NCBI GenBank assembly: GCA_044224405.1
Contig: JBGAKN010000004.1
Location: forward strand, 183,810-247,809
Length of the DNA: 64,000 nucleotides
Source: Tagaea sp.
GTDB taxonomy: Bacteria > Pseudomonadota > Alphaproteobacteria > CACIAM-22H2
Reading direction: 5' to 3'
Each line of letters begins with the position of its first letter. The stretch's first letter is position 1. Below are positions 1-10,295 of the stretch, piece by piece. The notes under the pieces are model-generated. The model did not search any database, was not told the origin of the DNA, and worked only from the letters and a program-made list of their open reading frames with translations. The position numbers and the translations under genes were made by a program.

Positions 1-492
1 GCGCACGAAATTCGTCATCAGCCACAGCGCCATCGGCAGGTGGACGGCGACGTGCCCCAGCACCAGCCCCAGATACGTGTTGTCGAGCCCGAGTTCGCGG
101 TAGATCGGGAACCAGGCCGCGACCAGCGTGATTGGCGGCACCATATGGAATACGACTGCCCAACCCAGCAGCGTGTGGATCATCCAGCGCGGCGTTCCCA
201 GCCGTTCGATCGCATAACCGCCCAGCGTGGCCGCGACGAGGATCACCAGCGTGCTGGCCGTCGCCACGATGAAGCTGTTCGTCGTGTTGCTGAGGAACTC
301 CGTCGTCTTGGAAAAGAGGACTTCACGGAAGCTCGTCAGCGTCGGCGTGAAGAAGATCTCGCCCTGCAGCAGCGAGATCTGCGTCTTGAATCCGGCCGCG
401 ATGATCCAGACGAACGGCACGAGCACGAAAAGCGCCACGAGCAGCAGGAAAACGTGGAACACGGCATTCGTGCCGCGCGACAGCGGGATCAT
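1..492 (-). CDS. ABC transporter permease (MalG-like inner membrane component), 3' end cut by window edge
   Basis: Minus-strand frame gives MIPLSRGTNAVFHVFLLLVALFVLVPFVWIIAAGFK...LGLDNTYLGLVLGHVAVHLP, typical of a carbohydrate ABC permease TMD. Start ATG (rc of cat 490-492) overlaps the stop of the upstream permease by 4 bp. Confidence 0.6.
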   Translation of the reverse strand, partial: MIPLSRGTNAVFHVFLLLVALFVLVPFVWIIAAGFKTQISLLQGEIFFTPTLTSFREVLFSKTTEFLSNTTNSFIVATASTLVILVAATLGGYAIERLGTPRWMIHTLLGWAVVFHMVPPITLVAAWFPIYRELGLDNTYLGLVLGHVAVHLPMALWLMTNFVR

Positions 493-1379
493 GCCCGGCC
501 CCCCTGGCGACGGCCGGCGGAAAGCGCGGCCACGATCAGCAGCGCGATTCCGAACAGGACCGCGACCGACATCGCCGACCCGTAGCCCATCCGGTCCTGC
601 GCGAAGAACGTGCGGTAGATCGTGTAGCTCAGCACCTCGGTCGCCGAGCCCGGGCCGCCGGCGGTCAGCAGGTAGATCTCGTCAAACACCTTCAGCGACG
701 TGACGAAGCGGAAAAGGAACGTCACGACGATGACTGGCATCATCATGGGAATGAGCACGAAGCGCAGCTCGTCCCACGTGCTGGCGCCGTCCACGCGCGC
801 GGCTTCCTGCACGTCCTGCGGCAGGGATTCGAAACCCGCGAGCAGCAGCAGGAAGCAGAATGGCGTCCAGTGCCAGATATCGACCGCGATGACGGATGGC
901 AGAGCCAGCGCCGGCGTGCCGAGCCAGTCAACGGGATCGATGCCGAACACCTCGAGCGCGCCGTTCACCAGTCCGAAATCGTAATTGAGCATCAGCTTCC
1001 AGATGGCGCCGATCAGGATTCCGGGAACCAGGATCGGCAGGATGAAGATCGTGCGGTAGATGAGCCGGCTGCGCTCCATCCGGCTCACGGCCCAGGCGAG
1101 GAAGAAGCCGAGCACGACCTGCACCGCCACGCCGCCGATCGCGAAAAGGATCGTGTTCCACGCCCCCGTCCGCAGCAACGTATCGTCAGCCAGACGCCGG
1201 TAGTGCGCCGGCCCGACATAGGTCCACACCGAATGGCCCGAAACCCACGTGATCTCGTGGACACTCATCGCCAGCAGGTTGAGGACCGGCAGGATCGACA
1301 TGAGGATGAAGATCGCGACGGCGGGCGAAAGTGCGATCGCGCGCCATTTCGTATCGATCTTCGCTCCGGCCCGGTTCAT
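489..1379 (-). CDS. Sugar ABC transporter permease (MalF-like)
   Basis: 296-aa ORF with multiple TM segments and the EAA-loop-like motif LLLAGFESLPQDVQEAARVDGAS. Tightly coupled to the neighbouring permease. Confidence 0.75.
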   Translation of the reverse strand: MNRAGAKIDTKWRAIALSPAVAIFILMSILPVLNLLAMSVHEITWVSGHSVWTYVGPAHYRRLADDTLLRTGAWNTILFAIGGVAVQVVLGFFLAWAVSRMERSRLIYRTIFILPILVPGILIGAIWKLMLNYDFGLVNGALEVFGIDPVDWLGTPALALPSVIAVDIWHWTPFCFLLLLAGFESLPQDVQEAARVDGASTWDELRFVLIPMMMPVIVVTFLFRFVTSLKVFDEIYLLTAGGPGSATEVLSYTIYRTFFAQDRMGYGSAMSVAVLFGIALLIVAALSAGRRQGGRA

Positions 1380-1442
1380 CTCGATCCCTGCGGCAGTGAA
1401 AACGGCCGGCCCGCGCGGATGCGGGCCGGCCTTCGTCGTCGT

Positions 1443-2801
1443 TCAGAGCGGCTGGATCTTGCCGGTCTTGTATCCGGCGCGTTGCATGATCGCGAGCGTC
1501 TCTTCCGCGATCATGTTGAGCGCCTTGTCGGTCGTGAGTTCCCCGATGACGGCCTGGTTGAGCCGAAGTTCGAGCACGTCGCCGATCTGCGAGCCTTCCG
1601 GCACGCTCCACATCAGCTGGACGAACTCCGAGCTCTGCGCCATCGCCGGCATCCAGCGGTTCTTCGGGTCCTTCCAGAGATTCTGGTCGGACAGAACGTC
1701 CTGACGCACGGGCGGCGCACCCGCCGCCATGTACTTCATCTGCGCGTCGCGCGTCTGGAACCAGTTGAGGAACGTGAGGGCCGCCGACTGGCGCTCCTTG
1801 GGCACGTTCTTCGGCACGCCGGCAAGCCAGTGGCCGAGCACGGGTGCCGGCCGGCCTTTCGCCGAGCCCGGGACGCGCGCGGCGTTGAGCTTGCCCACGA
1901 CGGCCGACTTGCTCGGATCGTCCATCTGCGACCACGCGGCGATGACGAGCAGCGCATGCGCCGCGCGCCCCGTCGCGAGGTTCTGGATGATCTGCGCCTG
2001 CGCGAGGCCGCCGGTCTGCGGATGGCCCGCTTCCTTCGCCATGCGGATGTAGAAGTCGAGCGCCGCCTTGCCTTCAGGGCTGTTGATCGTGATCGTGTAG
2101 TCGCCCTTCGGTTCGTCGCGGAAGAGCTTGCCGCCGAAGCTGTAGAGATAGGGCCACCAGTCGTACGAGATGTCGTTCGGAGACCCGCGTGCACCACGCT
2201 GGACGATGCCGTAGATGCGCGGCGGATTGTGCAGCTTCTTGGCGTTGGCGAGCAGCTCGTCCCAGGTCTCGGGAACCTTCAGCTTGTTCTGCTCGTAGAG
2301 ATCGGCGCGATAGAGCAGCAGCGGGATGTTGCCGTTGACCGGCACGCTCATCAGCTTGCCGTTCGGATCATGCGTCTTGGTCGCCTCGTTCCAGTAGACC
2401 GTATTGTCATAGCGGATCATCTGCGGATCGAGCTTGAAGCCGGGATCGATCTCGTTGATGGGGGTCAGGAACCCGCCGTGGTACATCTCCTGGTAATAGA
2501 GGCCGTTCATGATCAGAAGGTCGAACAGGCCGTCCTTGGCGCGCACCGACGCGCGCTGCTTCTCGAGACTGCCGCCGAAGGGATTGACGTCGAGATTGAC
2601 CTTGTTGCCAGACTCCTTCTCGTAGGCCTCGACGGCCCCGCGGAACCCGTCGAACCACGGCGAGTTATTGATGACGATCGTGAAGGGTGCTGCCTTGGGC
2701 GTCTGCGCGCGTGCGCGCGGCACCCATGTGGTCATCGCGCCGAACGCGCCGAGCGCGGATGCGCCGGCAAGTACGTCGCGGCGGCCTGGTCCCTTGGACA
2801 T
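1443..2801 (-). CDS. ABC transporter substrate-binding protein (family 1, sugar-type) with Tat signal
   Basis: 452 aa. N-terminus MSKGPGRRDVLAGASALGAFGA...AQTP has a twin-arginine motif. Strong SD (GGGAGGAA) upstream of the ATG at 2801. Same operon as the two permeases. Confidence 0.75.
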   Translation of the reverse strand: MSKGPGRRDVLAGASALGAFGAMTTWVPRARAQTPKAAPFTIVINNSPWFDGFRGAVEAYEKESGNKVNLDVNPFGGSLEKQRASVRAKDGLFDLLIMNGLYYQEMYHGGFLTPINEIDPGFKLDPQMIRYDNTVYWNEATKTHDPNGKLMSVPVNGNIPLLLYRADLYEQNKLKVPETWDELLANAKKLHNPPRIYGIVQRGARGSPNDISYDWWPYLYSFGGKLFRDEPKGDYTITINSPEGKAALDFYIRMAKEAGHPQTGGLAQAQIIQNLATGRAAHALLVIAAWSQMDDPSKSAVVGKLNAARVPGSAKGRPAPVLGHWLAGVPKNVPKERQSAALTFLNWFQTRDAQMKYMAAGAPPVRQDVLSDQNLWKDPKNRWMPAMAQSSEFVQLMWSVPEGSQIGDVLELRLNQAVIGELTTDKALNMIAEETLAIMQRAGYKTGKIQPL

Positions 2802-2835
2802 GTGTTCCTCCCGTTTCGAGTTTCCGGTCCGGCGG

Positions 2836-3792
2836 CTAGCCGGCCGTCACGTTGTTGCGTTCGGCGAGCTTCTTCATCGCTTCGTACTGGCGGTTGATCT
2901 CGGCCTCGAGCTCCGCACCCTTCGAGAACGCCGGGCTCATGTTGAACTCGGCGAATTTCTGCACGACCTCGGGATCGGACATCGACGTCCGCAGCGCCTC
3001 GGCGAAGCGGTCGACCCGGTCGTGCGGCGTGGCCTTGGGCATCCACCACCAGTAATTCAGGTTGAGCAGCAGGTCGGTTCCCTGCTCGCGCGCGGTCTTG
3101 AGGTTCGGCCAGCTGGGCAGACGTGCCGGCGCGAAGATGCCCGCGATCGTGAGGTCGCCGGAATCGACCAGCGGCTTCGCCTCGTTGACGGTGAGGAAGG
3201 CGCAGTCGACATGCCCGCCCGCCAGCGCCGTGCGCGTCGGACCGCCGCCGCCGGTGTTGACGTAGCGGAACTTGACGCCCGTCTTGTCACTCAGCGACAG
3301 GAACAGGAAGTGGTTGATGGCGCCGATCTGCACGCCGGCCTTGAGCTCGCCGCTCTTCGCGGCCGCGAGGAACGACGGCAGATCCTGATAGGGCGCCTTG
3401 CGGTTGACGATGACGGCGACGTACTCGGTCGCGACCTGCGCCACCGGTGCGAATGCTTCGGGACCGAAATCCATCACCTTCAGAGTCGCGGCCGTCAGCA
3501 GCGCCTGATGCACGGCAAGCACCGTGTGGCCATCGGGTGCCGCGTCGCGGACCTGCCGGTTACCCACGGCCGTGCCGGCACCCACGACATTGGCCACCGC
3601 GAGCGGCTGGCCGAGCACGCGCTGGAGCGGCGACTGGAAGAAGCGCGCGATGTAATCGGCACTGCCGCCCGGCGGGTTCGGCACGATGATCCGGATCGGC
3701 TTGTCCGGATAGGACTGCGCGAACGCGGGCGTTGCAAGCGTGGCGGCCGCGGTAGCGGCAGCGGTACCGGCGATGAATTCTCTGCGAAGCAT
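2836..3792 (-). CDS. tctC: Tripartite tricarboxylate transporter substrate-binding protein (TctC/Bug family)
   Basis: Internal start MLRREFIAGTAAATAAATLATPAFAQSYPDKPIRIIVPNPPGGSADYIAR, a Bug-family hallmark. GGAGGA SD 7 nt upstream of the ATG at 3792. The longer 429-aa ORF is a spurious N-terminal extension. Confidence 0.8.
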   Translation of the reverse strand: MLRREFIAGTAAATAAATLATPAFAQSYPDKPIRIIVPNPPGGSADYIARFFQSPLQRVLGQPLAVANVVGAGTAVGNRQVRDAAPDGHTVLAVHQALLTAATLKVMDFGPEAFAPVAQVATEYVAVIVNRKAPYQDLPSFLAAAKSGELKAGVQIGAINHFLFLSLSDKTGVKFRYVNTGGGGPTRTALAGGHVDCAFLTVNEAKPLVDSGDLTIAGIFAPARLPSWPNLKTAREQGTDLLLNLNYWWWMPKATPHDRVDRFAEALRTSMSDPEVVQKFAEFNMSPAFSKGAELEAEINRQYEAMKKLAERNNVTAG

Positions 3793-3821
3793 GGGGGATG
3801 TCCTCCGGTTCGAGGGGGGAA

Positions 3822-5309
3822 TCAGGCGAGTGCGGGGCGGCGCTTGCGGCGCCAGTCGCGCCATAGCGGCCAGATGAACATAAGCGCGGAAACCACCAGG
3901 AAAGTGAGCGAAATCGGATGCTGGAACATCGGCCTCAACGAGCCGTCGGAAGCCATCAGCCCTGCGCGCAGCTGGCCTTCGGCGAGTGGCGCCAGGATGA
4001 GCCCGATGACGAATGGCCCGAGCGGGACGGCAGCGAGTTCCAGCGCGAATCCCACGATGCCGAAACCCAGCATCGTCCAGACGTCGAACATCCGGCCGTT
4101 CTCCGCGAGGCTTCCGATCACGCACAGCACGAAGATGGCCGGGAGCACGTAGGCCCGTTGCACATACATGAGGCGCGCGATCATCATGCAGCCCGCGACC
4201 ATCATCACGAACATCACGATGTGCGCAGCGAGGTGCGTGGCCATCAGCGCGTTCACGACTTCGGGCGAATTGGTGAAGAGCGTCGGGCCGGGCTGGATGT
4301 TGTGCATCAGCAGGCCCGCAAGCAGGATCGAAGCGGCCGGACTGCCGGGAATGCCCAGCGTGATCATCGGGATCAGCGCGCCGCCGGTGTTGGCGTTGTT
4401 GGCCGTCTCCGAAGCGACGATGCCGTCCTCGAAGCCCGTGCCGAACTTCTCCGGCGTCTTCGACATGTTCTTCGCGGCCGAGTAGGCGACGATGGAGCTG
4501 ATGCTGGCCCCCACGCCGGGCAGGATGCCGATCCAGATGCCGATGATCGCCGAGCGCACGATGTTGAACGACTGCTTCAGGTAGTCGGCCGGCGAAAGGA
4601 ATATCCCCTTCACGCTGGGATCAAGCCGGTCGAAACGCTGGCGGGCATGCATCGCGTCGGCCAGGACCTGACTGATCGCGAAGATGCCGAGGATCACCGC
4701 GAGGCTGCTGAAGCCGCCGTCGAGATTCTCGATCCCGAAAGTCAGCCGCTTCTGTCCCGATGTCTCGTCGATGCCGGGATAGGAGACGAGCATTCCCAGC
4801 AGGCCCGAAATCAGGCCCTTCACGACCGAGCCCTGGCTGAGCGCCGCGATCAGCACCAGCGCCATTAGAACAAGCGCGAAGTTCTCGAACGGCCCGAAGA
4901 CGAGGGCAAGGCGCGCCATCATCGGCGAGAGCGTGACCAGCGCCACCCACGACAGCGCGCCGCCGATCAGCGAAGCGGAAATGCCGAGGCCGAGTGCCCG
5001 CCCCGGACGTCCGCCGCGCGCCATCGGGAATCCGTCAAGCGTGGTGACGACCGACGCCGGCTCGCCGGGGATGCGCATCAGCGTCGCGGTGATGAGGCCG
5101 CCGGAGATGCCGCCCACGTACATCGACGTCATCAGGATGACGCCGTCGACACTGCTCATCCGGTAGGTGAAGGGAAGCGAAAGTGCCAACAGTGCGCCGC
5201 CGGTGAGGCCGGGAAGCGCGCCAACGATGATGCCGAGCAGCGTCCCGATCAGCAGGAGCGCGAGCGGCCCGGCCGTCAGCAGATGGAGGAAACCCTGCAG
5301 GAGATCCAC
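3822..5309 (-). CDS. tctA: Tripartite tricarboxylate transporter large permease TctA
   Basis: 495-aa polytopic membrane protein. MDLLQGFLHLLTAGPLALLLIGTLLGIIVGALPGLTG is a typical TctA N-terminus. GTG start. Immediately downstream of tctB. Confidence 0.85.
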   Translation of the reverse strand: MDLLQGFLHLLTAGPLALLLIGTLLGIIVGALPGLTGGALLALSLPFTYRMSSVDGVILMTSMYVGGISGGLITATLMRIPGEPASVVTTLDGFPMARGGRPGRALGLGISASLIGGALSWVALVTLSPMMARLALVFGPFENFALVLMALVLIAALSQGSVVKGLISGLLGMLVSYPGIDETSGQKRLTFGIENLDGGFSSLAVILGIFAISQVLADAMHARQRFDRLDPSVKGIFLSPADYLKQSFNIVRSAIIGIWIGILPGVGASISSIVAYSAAKNMSKTPEKFGTGFEDGIVASETANNANTGGALIPMITLGIPGSPAASILLAGLLMHNIQPGPTLFTNSPEVVNALMATHLAAHIVMFVMMVAGCMMIARLMYVQRAYVLPAIFVLCVIGSLAENGRMFDVWTMLGFGIVGFALELAAVPLGPFVIGLILAPLAEGQLRAGLMASDGSLRPMFQHPISLTFLVVSALMFIWPLWRDWRRKRRPALA

Positions 5310-5318
5310 TTCGCGCTC

Positions 5319-5819
5319 CTACGGCAGGTCGATGAGAAGCGCGCGAAAGCCGAGATCGAGGCCGACGCCGCACACCACCGCGACCACGACAACGAGCACG
5401 AGCGATCGCCGCGTGCGCTCGCCCAGCAGCCAGCCGAGAAGGCTCATGTACGCGACGGACGCCGCCATGAAGCCGGCGACCGGGATCGCCGCGGCATAGA
5501 GGACCGAGACCAGGATCGCGTAGACCGAGAGCCGCGGTACGACGGCGTAGCTGTCGTCGACGGCCTCGGAAGACGTAAATAGTGACATCGAATCGCCGCG
5601 TGTCGAGTGACGCAGCAGCACCCGCGCGAGCAGGTACACCGCGAGCACCAGCACGGCGGCAGCCGTCCAGAACGGAATGGCGGCGGCACCGACCGGGTCG
5701 TAGGGCGCCTTGGGCTGGTTTCGCACGCCCCACATCGTCAGCACGGCGACGCAGATCATGGCGACCGCGAAAATCCCGTCGGTGCGGGATGCGGCTAGCG
5801 CTTCCTCGGGCTCGCTCAT
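5319..5819 (-). CDS. tctB: Tripartite tricarboxylate transporter small membrane protein TctB
   Basis: 166-aa hydrophobic 4-TM protein directly upstream of tctA. Gene order tctB-tctA-tctC on the minus strand. Confidence 0.6.
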   Translation of the reverse strand: MSEPEEALAASRTDGIFAVAMICVAVLTMWGVRNQPKAPYDPVGAAAIPFWTAAAVLVLAVYLLARVLLRHSTRGDSMSLFTSSEAVDDSYAVVPRLSVYAILVSVLYAAAIPVAGFMAASVAYMSLLGWLLGERTRRSLVLVVVVAVVCGVGLDLGFRALLIDLP

Positions 5820-5990
5820 CGCTGGAGCGCTCCGCGATATCTATCGGATTGGTCCGTCACGCTTTCGTTTCCTCCGTCGGCCGCTTCGCATCTTCGTGCG
5901 GCGGTCCGGCTTGTCCAAAAACTTGACACTTCCGCCGGGATGGAACAACTACCATCTGGGCCCGGATCCATACCCAGAGGATATACCCAC

Positions 5991-6971
5991 ATGCAGCTCC
6001 AGCAGATGCGGCACGTCGTGGCGCTCGTCGATCACCGCAGTCTCGTGCGCGCGGCAAAGGCGTTGGGTATCTCGCAACCCGCATTGAGCAAGAGCCTACG
6101 CAGGCTGGAGGCGTATCTCGGCGTGAAGCTGTTCGAGCGCACGCCGCGCGGCGTGCTCGCCACCGAATTCGGGCGCGAATTCGCCCAGCACGCGCGCGCC
6201 ATCGCGGTCGAAGTCAGCGAGGCCGAGCGCGCGGTGGGCGCCATCCGCGACGGACGCGAGGGCCGCATCGTCATCGGCTCCGCCCCCAGCGTGATCGCAA
6301 GCGTGCTGCCCATCGCGACCGCGCGCCTGCTCAAGGAGCGCAACGACCTGAAGCTCACCGTTATCGGCGGCCTGCACGACCGGCTGTTCGAGTGGCTGCG
6401 CGCGGGCGAGATCGACGTCGTCATCTCCAATCTCGTCGACCAGCCGGACGATTCCGATCTCGTGCAGGAAACGCTGTTCGTTGACCGTGTCGTCGTCGCG
6501 TGCCGCCCCGGCCATCCGCTGCTGGAGAAGCGCAACCAGCCGCGCACGGAGCTGGAGCGCTATCGCTGGGTGTTGCCCTCCACGGCAATCGTCACGCGCC
6601 AGCATCTGGAGATCGCGCTCAAGTCGCACGGCCTCTCCGCCCCCAAGGTCGCCGTCGAGACCAACGCGCTCGCCTTCATGCGCGCGATGATCCTGGAGAC
6701 GGACTGCCTCGGCTATCTGCCGTCCGTCACGATGGAGCCCGGCCGCGAATGCGCGGGCACCGTCCCCGCATCGATCGCATGGCTCAACTGGGACCGGCCG
6801 GTCGGCCTTACGCTGCGGCGCAGCGGCGTGCTGTCGCCGGCCTGTCGCCGTCTGATCGCCGAACTGCGCAAGGTCTGCGGCGAACGCTTCCCCGGCGACC
6901 GCACGCCCAAGGCGCTGAAGCTTGGCCGACCGGCCGTCGGGCGCACCGGCGACCAGCACGGCCTGGTGTGA
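5991..6971 (+). CDS. LysR-family transcriptional regulator, divergent from tctBAC
   Basis: N-terminal HTH MQLQQMRHVVALVDHRSLVRAAKALGISQPALSKSLRRLE followed by a LysR substrate-binding domain. The ATG at 5991 was preferred over the ORF-track start. Confidence 0.8.
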   Translation: MQLQQMRHVVALVDHRSLVRAAKALGISQPALSKSLRRLEAYLGVKLFERTPRGVLATEFGREFAQHARAIAVEVSEAERAVGAIRDGREGRIVIGSAPSVIASVLPIATARLLKERNDLKLTVIGGLHDRLFEWLRAGEIDVVISNLVDQPDDSDLVQETLFVDRVVVACRPGHPLLEKRNQPRTELERYRWVLPSTAIVTRQHLEIALKSHGLSAPKVAVETNALAFMRAMILETDCLGYLPSVTMEPGRECAGTVPASIAWLNWDRPVGLTLRRSGVLSPACRRLIAELRKVCGERFPGDRTPKALKLGRPAVGRTGDQHGLV

Positions 6972-6980
6972 AATCCAGGG

Positions 6981-8054
6981 TCACGGGCGGACGAGGATCG
7001 CGCCCTTCGGGTCAAGAAGCACGCGCACGTCCGATCCCACCGGATGGAACGGGGCCGAACGCGGGATCACAGCGAACAGGTCGCCCAGCGCGGTATCGAC
7101 ATGATACTCGACATGCGAGCCCATGAACGTCGCGCGCGCCACCTTGCCGGCGAGCGCGTCAGCGGCCGCGTCGGGCGCGGCAAGTGCTATCGCCTCGGGC
7201 CGGATGACGAGATCGACCGGGCCAGCGGGGAGATCGCGGTGCGGCAGGTCGACGAAGGCGCGGTCGAGCGCGACACGGCCCCTCGCCCCGTCCTTCGCGT
7301 CGAGACGCGCACGCACATGGTTCGCCTCGCCCATGAACGTCGCGACGAACACGTCGCGCGGCGCGTCATAGAGCTCCGCCGGCGTGCCGGCCTGCGCGAT
7401 TTCCGCCGCCCGCATCACGACGATCGTGTCCGACACCGCCAGCGCCTCGCTCTGGTCGTGCGTGACATAGATCGCCGTGAGGCCGAGCGACTGCTGCAGC
7501 GCCCGGATCTCCTCGCGCATCGAGCGGCGCAGGCGCGCGTCGAGATTGGAAAGCGGCTCGTCGAACAGCAGCACGTCCGGCTCCAGCACCAGGGCGCGTG
7601 CCACCGCCACGCGCTGCTGCTGCCCGCCCGACATCTCGGAAGGAAGCCGCTCGCCATAGCCCGCGAGGCCAACCGTCTCCAGCGCGCGCGTGGCCTTCGC
7701 GGCCGCGTCGGCCTTGTTCATGCCGCCGGAGATGAGGCCGTAGGCCACGTTCTCCGCCACGTTCATGTGCGGGAACAGCGCGTAGGACTGGAACACCATC
7801 GAGACGTTGCGCTCGCGCGCCGAGAGGTGCGTCACGTCCGCGCCGCCGATCTCGATCCGCCCTTCGCTGGGCTCTTCCAGGCCGGCGATCATCCGCAGTA
7901 GGGTCGTCTTGCCACAGCCCGACGGCCCCAGCAGCGTGACGAGCGTGCCGGGCTTTATGTCCATGGACAGTTTCTTGACCGCGACGACGCTGCCATAGCG
8001 TTTGACAAGGTTTTCAAGCCGCACCCCGGCGTTCTTGCGGGTCGTGTCGTTCAT
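6981..8054 (-). CDS. ABC transporter ATP-binding protein (PotA/FbpC-like, Fe3+/polyamine type)
   Basis: Walker A GPSGCGKTT, signature LSGGQQQRVAVARAL, Walker B LLFDEPLSNLD, and a C-terminal TOBE-like domain. Real start MNDTTRKN at 8054 overlaps the permease stop (ATGA). Confidence 0.85.
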   Translation of the reverse strand: MNDTTRKNAGVRLENLVKRYGSVVAVKKLSMDIKPGTLVTLLGPSGCGKTTLLRMIAGLEEPSEGRIEIGGADVTHLSARERNVSMVFQSYALFPHMNVAENVAYGLISGGMNKADAAAKATRALETVGLAGYGERLPSEMSGGQQQRVAVARALVLEPDVLLFDEPLSNLDARLRRSMREEIRALQQSLGLTAIYVTHDQSEALAVSDTIVVMRAAEIAQAGTPAELYDAPRDVFVATFMGEANHVRARLDAKDGARGRVALDRAFVDLPHRDLPAGPVDLVIRPEAIALAAPDAAADALAGKVARATFMGSHVEYHVDTALGDLFAVIPRSAPFHPVGSDVRVLLDPKGAILVRP

Positions 8055-10261
8055 GCGCGTGCTCCGAGGGCGGACGGGATAGGGCCTGAACCGCGCCGGC
8101 CGATGCGCCGCCGGCCGACCAGAAGCTGGATGAGGCCGATGGCCGACATCATCAGCACGATCAGCACGGTCGCGTAGGCGATGGCGATGCCGTAATCGCC
8201 GTTGATGACGCGGTTGATGATGTAGACGGTCGCCATCTCGTGCTGCGCGGAAACGAGGAAGATGACGGCGCTTACCGTCGTCATCGCGCGCACGAAGCTG
8301 TAGACCAGCGCCGTGACGATCGCCGGCTTCAGCAGCGGCAGCACCACCTTGCACAGCGTGCGCCCCGTGGTTGCGCGCAAGGTCGCCGATGCTTCATCCA
8401 GGCTGCGGTCGAGCTGACTGATCGCCGCGACGCCCGAACGCACGCCCACCGGCATGTTGCGGAACACGAAGCACGCGACGAGGATCGCGGCCGTGCCCGT
8501 GATCTCGACCGGCGGGATGTTGAAGGTGAGCACGTAGGCGACGCCGATGACCGTGCCCGGCACGCAGAAGCTGAGCATCAGCGCGAATTCGAGCAGCCCG
8601 CGCCCGGCGAAACGCTGGCGCGCCAGCACCCATGCCGCCAGCAGGCCGAGCGCGGCCGTGACGGGTGCGGCGATGGCCGCGAGCTTCACGGTCGTCCAGA
8701 ACGAGTTCCACGCCCCGCCCGACCACACGATGCCCCCTGCCCCGTAATCGATCGAGAAGGCGCGCACGAAGTGCGACAGCGTCGGCGTCCAGTCACGGCC
8801 CCAGACCGTGACGAAACCGCCCGCCAGCGCCAGCGCGTAGATCGCGACGGTGAGTGCGGCCCACGGCAACGCGATGGCGAAGGCCGAGCGTTCGACCGCG
8901 CGCGGCAGCGGCGAGGCGAGCCCCGCATCGCCCTTGCCTGACATAGAAACGTACGACGCGCGCCCGACCACGCGGCGCTGGATGAAGAAGACGGCCAGCG
9001 CATAGACGAGCAGGATCGCCGCCAGCGTGGCCGAGCGGCCGAAATCCGCCTGCGCGCCGACGACGGCGAAGAAGATCTCGGTCGACAGAACGCCGAACGA
9101 GCCGCCCAGCACGATGGGATTGCCGAAATCGGCGATGCTTTCGATGAACACGACGAGGAAGGCGTTGGCGAGGCCGGGCCGCATCAGCGGCAACGTTACC
9201 GTCAGGAACGAGCGCATGCGGCTCGCCCGCAGCGTCTGCGAGGCTTCTTCCATCGTGGGCGAGATGCCCTCGACCACGCCGATCAGCACGAGGAAGGCCG
9301 TGGGCGTGAAGCTGAAGACCTGCGCCAGCAGCACGCCGCCGAAGCCATAGATCCAACGGCCGAGCTCGACGCCGAACCACGCGCTCGCCGCCTGGTTGAC
9401 GAGACCCGAGCGACCGAAGATCAGGATCAGGCCGAGACTGATGACGAACGGTGGCGTGATGATCGGCATCACGGTGAGCAGCCGCAGCGGCTTCTTGAAC
9501 CGGAAGCCGGTGCGCGTGACGATCAGCGCGAAGGCGAGCCCCAGCAGCGTGGCGCACGTCGCCGTCGTCGCCGCCAGCACGATGGTGTTCCATGCCACGC
9601 CGCAGTTCGCGCGCGACGTGACGCAGGCGAGGCTCCAGATCTTCGACGCGAACAGCCGGTCGGCGGTCGCGGCGAGCAGCGTCTGGTCGGCGGGTGCCGT
9701 GAAGACCTGCCCCAGAAGCGTCAGCACCGGCCAGACCGTGAAGATCGCGATCGAGGCGACCAGCACGCCCACGCTGGCGGCGACGAACCGGTCGCCGCCG
9801 AAGCGCCCCTTCAGCGCCAGCGCGTCGGTCGCCATCAGAAGGAACGCGACGAACGCGACGGAGCCGCCGAGCCCGATGCCGAACTGGCGTTCGTCGAGCA
9901 TGCCGAACGCGGCATCGAGCCACGCATAGCTCCACCCGCGCACGCCGATGAACCAGCCCTGCGCCATCAGCGCCGCGAGGCCCGCGACGCCGCCGGCCAT
10001 CAGCCAGCGGGCCTTCGCCGGCCTTGCCGCGCCGGGAACGAGTGCGGGAATCGCCACCAGCAGCGCCAAGCCGACCGGCCAGAACCACGGCCGATCGAAC
10101 CGCACGGCCTGCGCCAGCGCCGATGCCGCGTCGGCATCTTCGGCGAACGCCGCGAAATAGCCCGCGAGCGCCAGCGGCTCCTGCGCCATGTGCCAAGGCA
10201 GCACGGCGTAGCCGAGGAGCGCGGCAAGCCACCAGACGGCCGCCGGATCGAGACGTTTCAT
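8051..10261 (-). CDS. Fused double-TMD ABC transporter permease (FbpB-like iron(III)-type)
   Basis: 736-aa ORF with two permease domains, as in Fe3+/2-AEP transporters. Coupled to the ATPase downstream and the SBP upstream. Confidence 0.75.
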   Translation of the reverse strand: MKRLDPAAVWWLAALLGYAVLPWHMAQEPLALAGYFAAFAEDADAASALAQAVRFDRPWFWPVGLALLVAIPALVPGAARPAKARWLMAGGVAGLAALMAQGWFIGVRGWSYAWLDAAFGMLDERQFGIGLGGSVAFVAFLLMATDALALKGRFGGDRFVAASVGVLVASIAIFTVWPVLTLLGQVFTAPADQTLLAATADRLFASKIWSLACVTSRANCGVAWNTIVLAATTATCATLLGLAFALIVTRTGFRFKKPLRLLTVMPIITPPFVISLGLILIFGRSGLVNQAASAWFGVELGRWIYGFGGVLLAQVFSFTPTAFLVLIGVVEGISPTMEEASQTLRASRMRSFLTVTLPLMRPGLANAFLVVFIESIADFGNPIVLGGSFGVLSTEIFFAVVGAQADFGRSATLAAILLVYALAVFFIQRRVVGRASYVSMSGKGDAGLASPLPRAVERSAFAIALPWAALTVAIYALALAGGFVTVWGRDWTPTLSHFVRAFSIDYGAGGIVWSGGAWNSFWTTVKLAAIAAPVTAALGLLAAWVLARQRFAGRGLLEFALMLSFCVPGTVIGVAYVLTFNIPPVEITGTAAILVACFVFRNMPVGVRSGVAAISQLDRSLDEASATLRATTGRTLCKVVLPLLKPAIVTALVYSFVRAMTTVSAVIFLVSAQHEMATVYIINRVINGDYGIAIAYATVLIVLMMSAIGLIQLLVGRRRIGRRGSGPIPSALGARA

Positions 10262-10295
10262 GGGCAGGCGTCCGGTCGGGACGGCTCGGCTTGCG

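Noticed and set aside
870-2897. 675-aa plus-strand ORF, and similar long ORFs (2668..4152, 3918..4868, 20946..22085, 24130..24957, 25171..26262, 29070..30986, 32263..33609)
   Set aside because: Arg/Ala/Gly/Pro/Asp-rich low-complexity translations typical of out-of-frame or antisense reading in high-GC DNA. They overlap strongly conserved genes on the other strand or frame (SBP, TctC/TctA, GalD, PP2C, PIG-L, sugar SBP) and carry no domain signatures.
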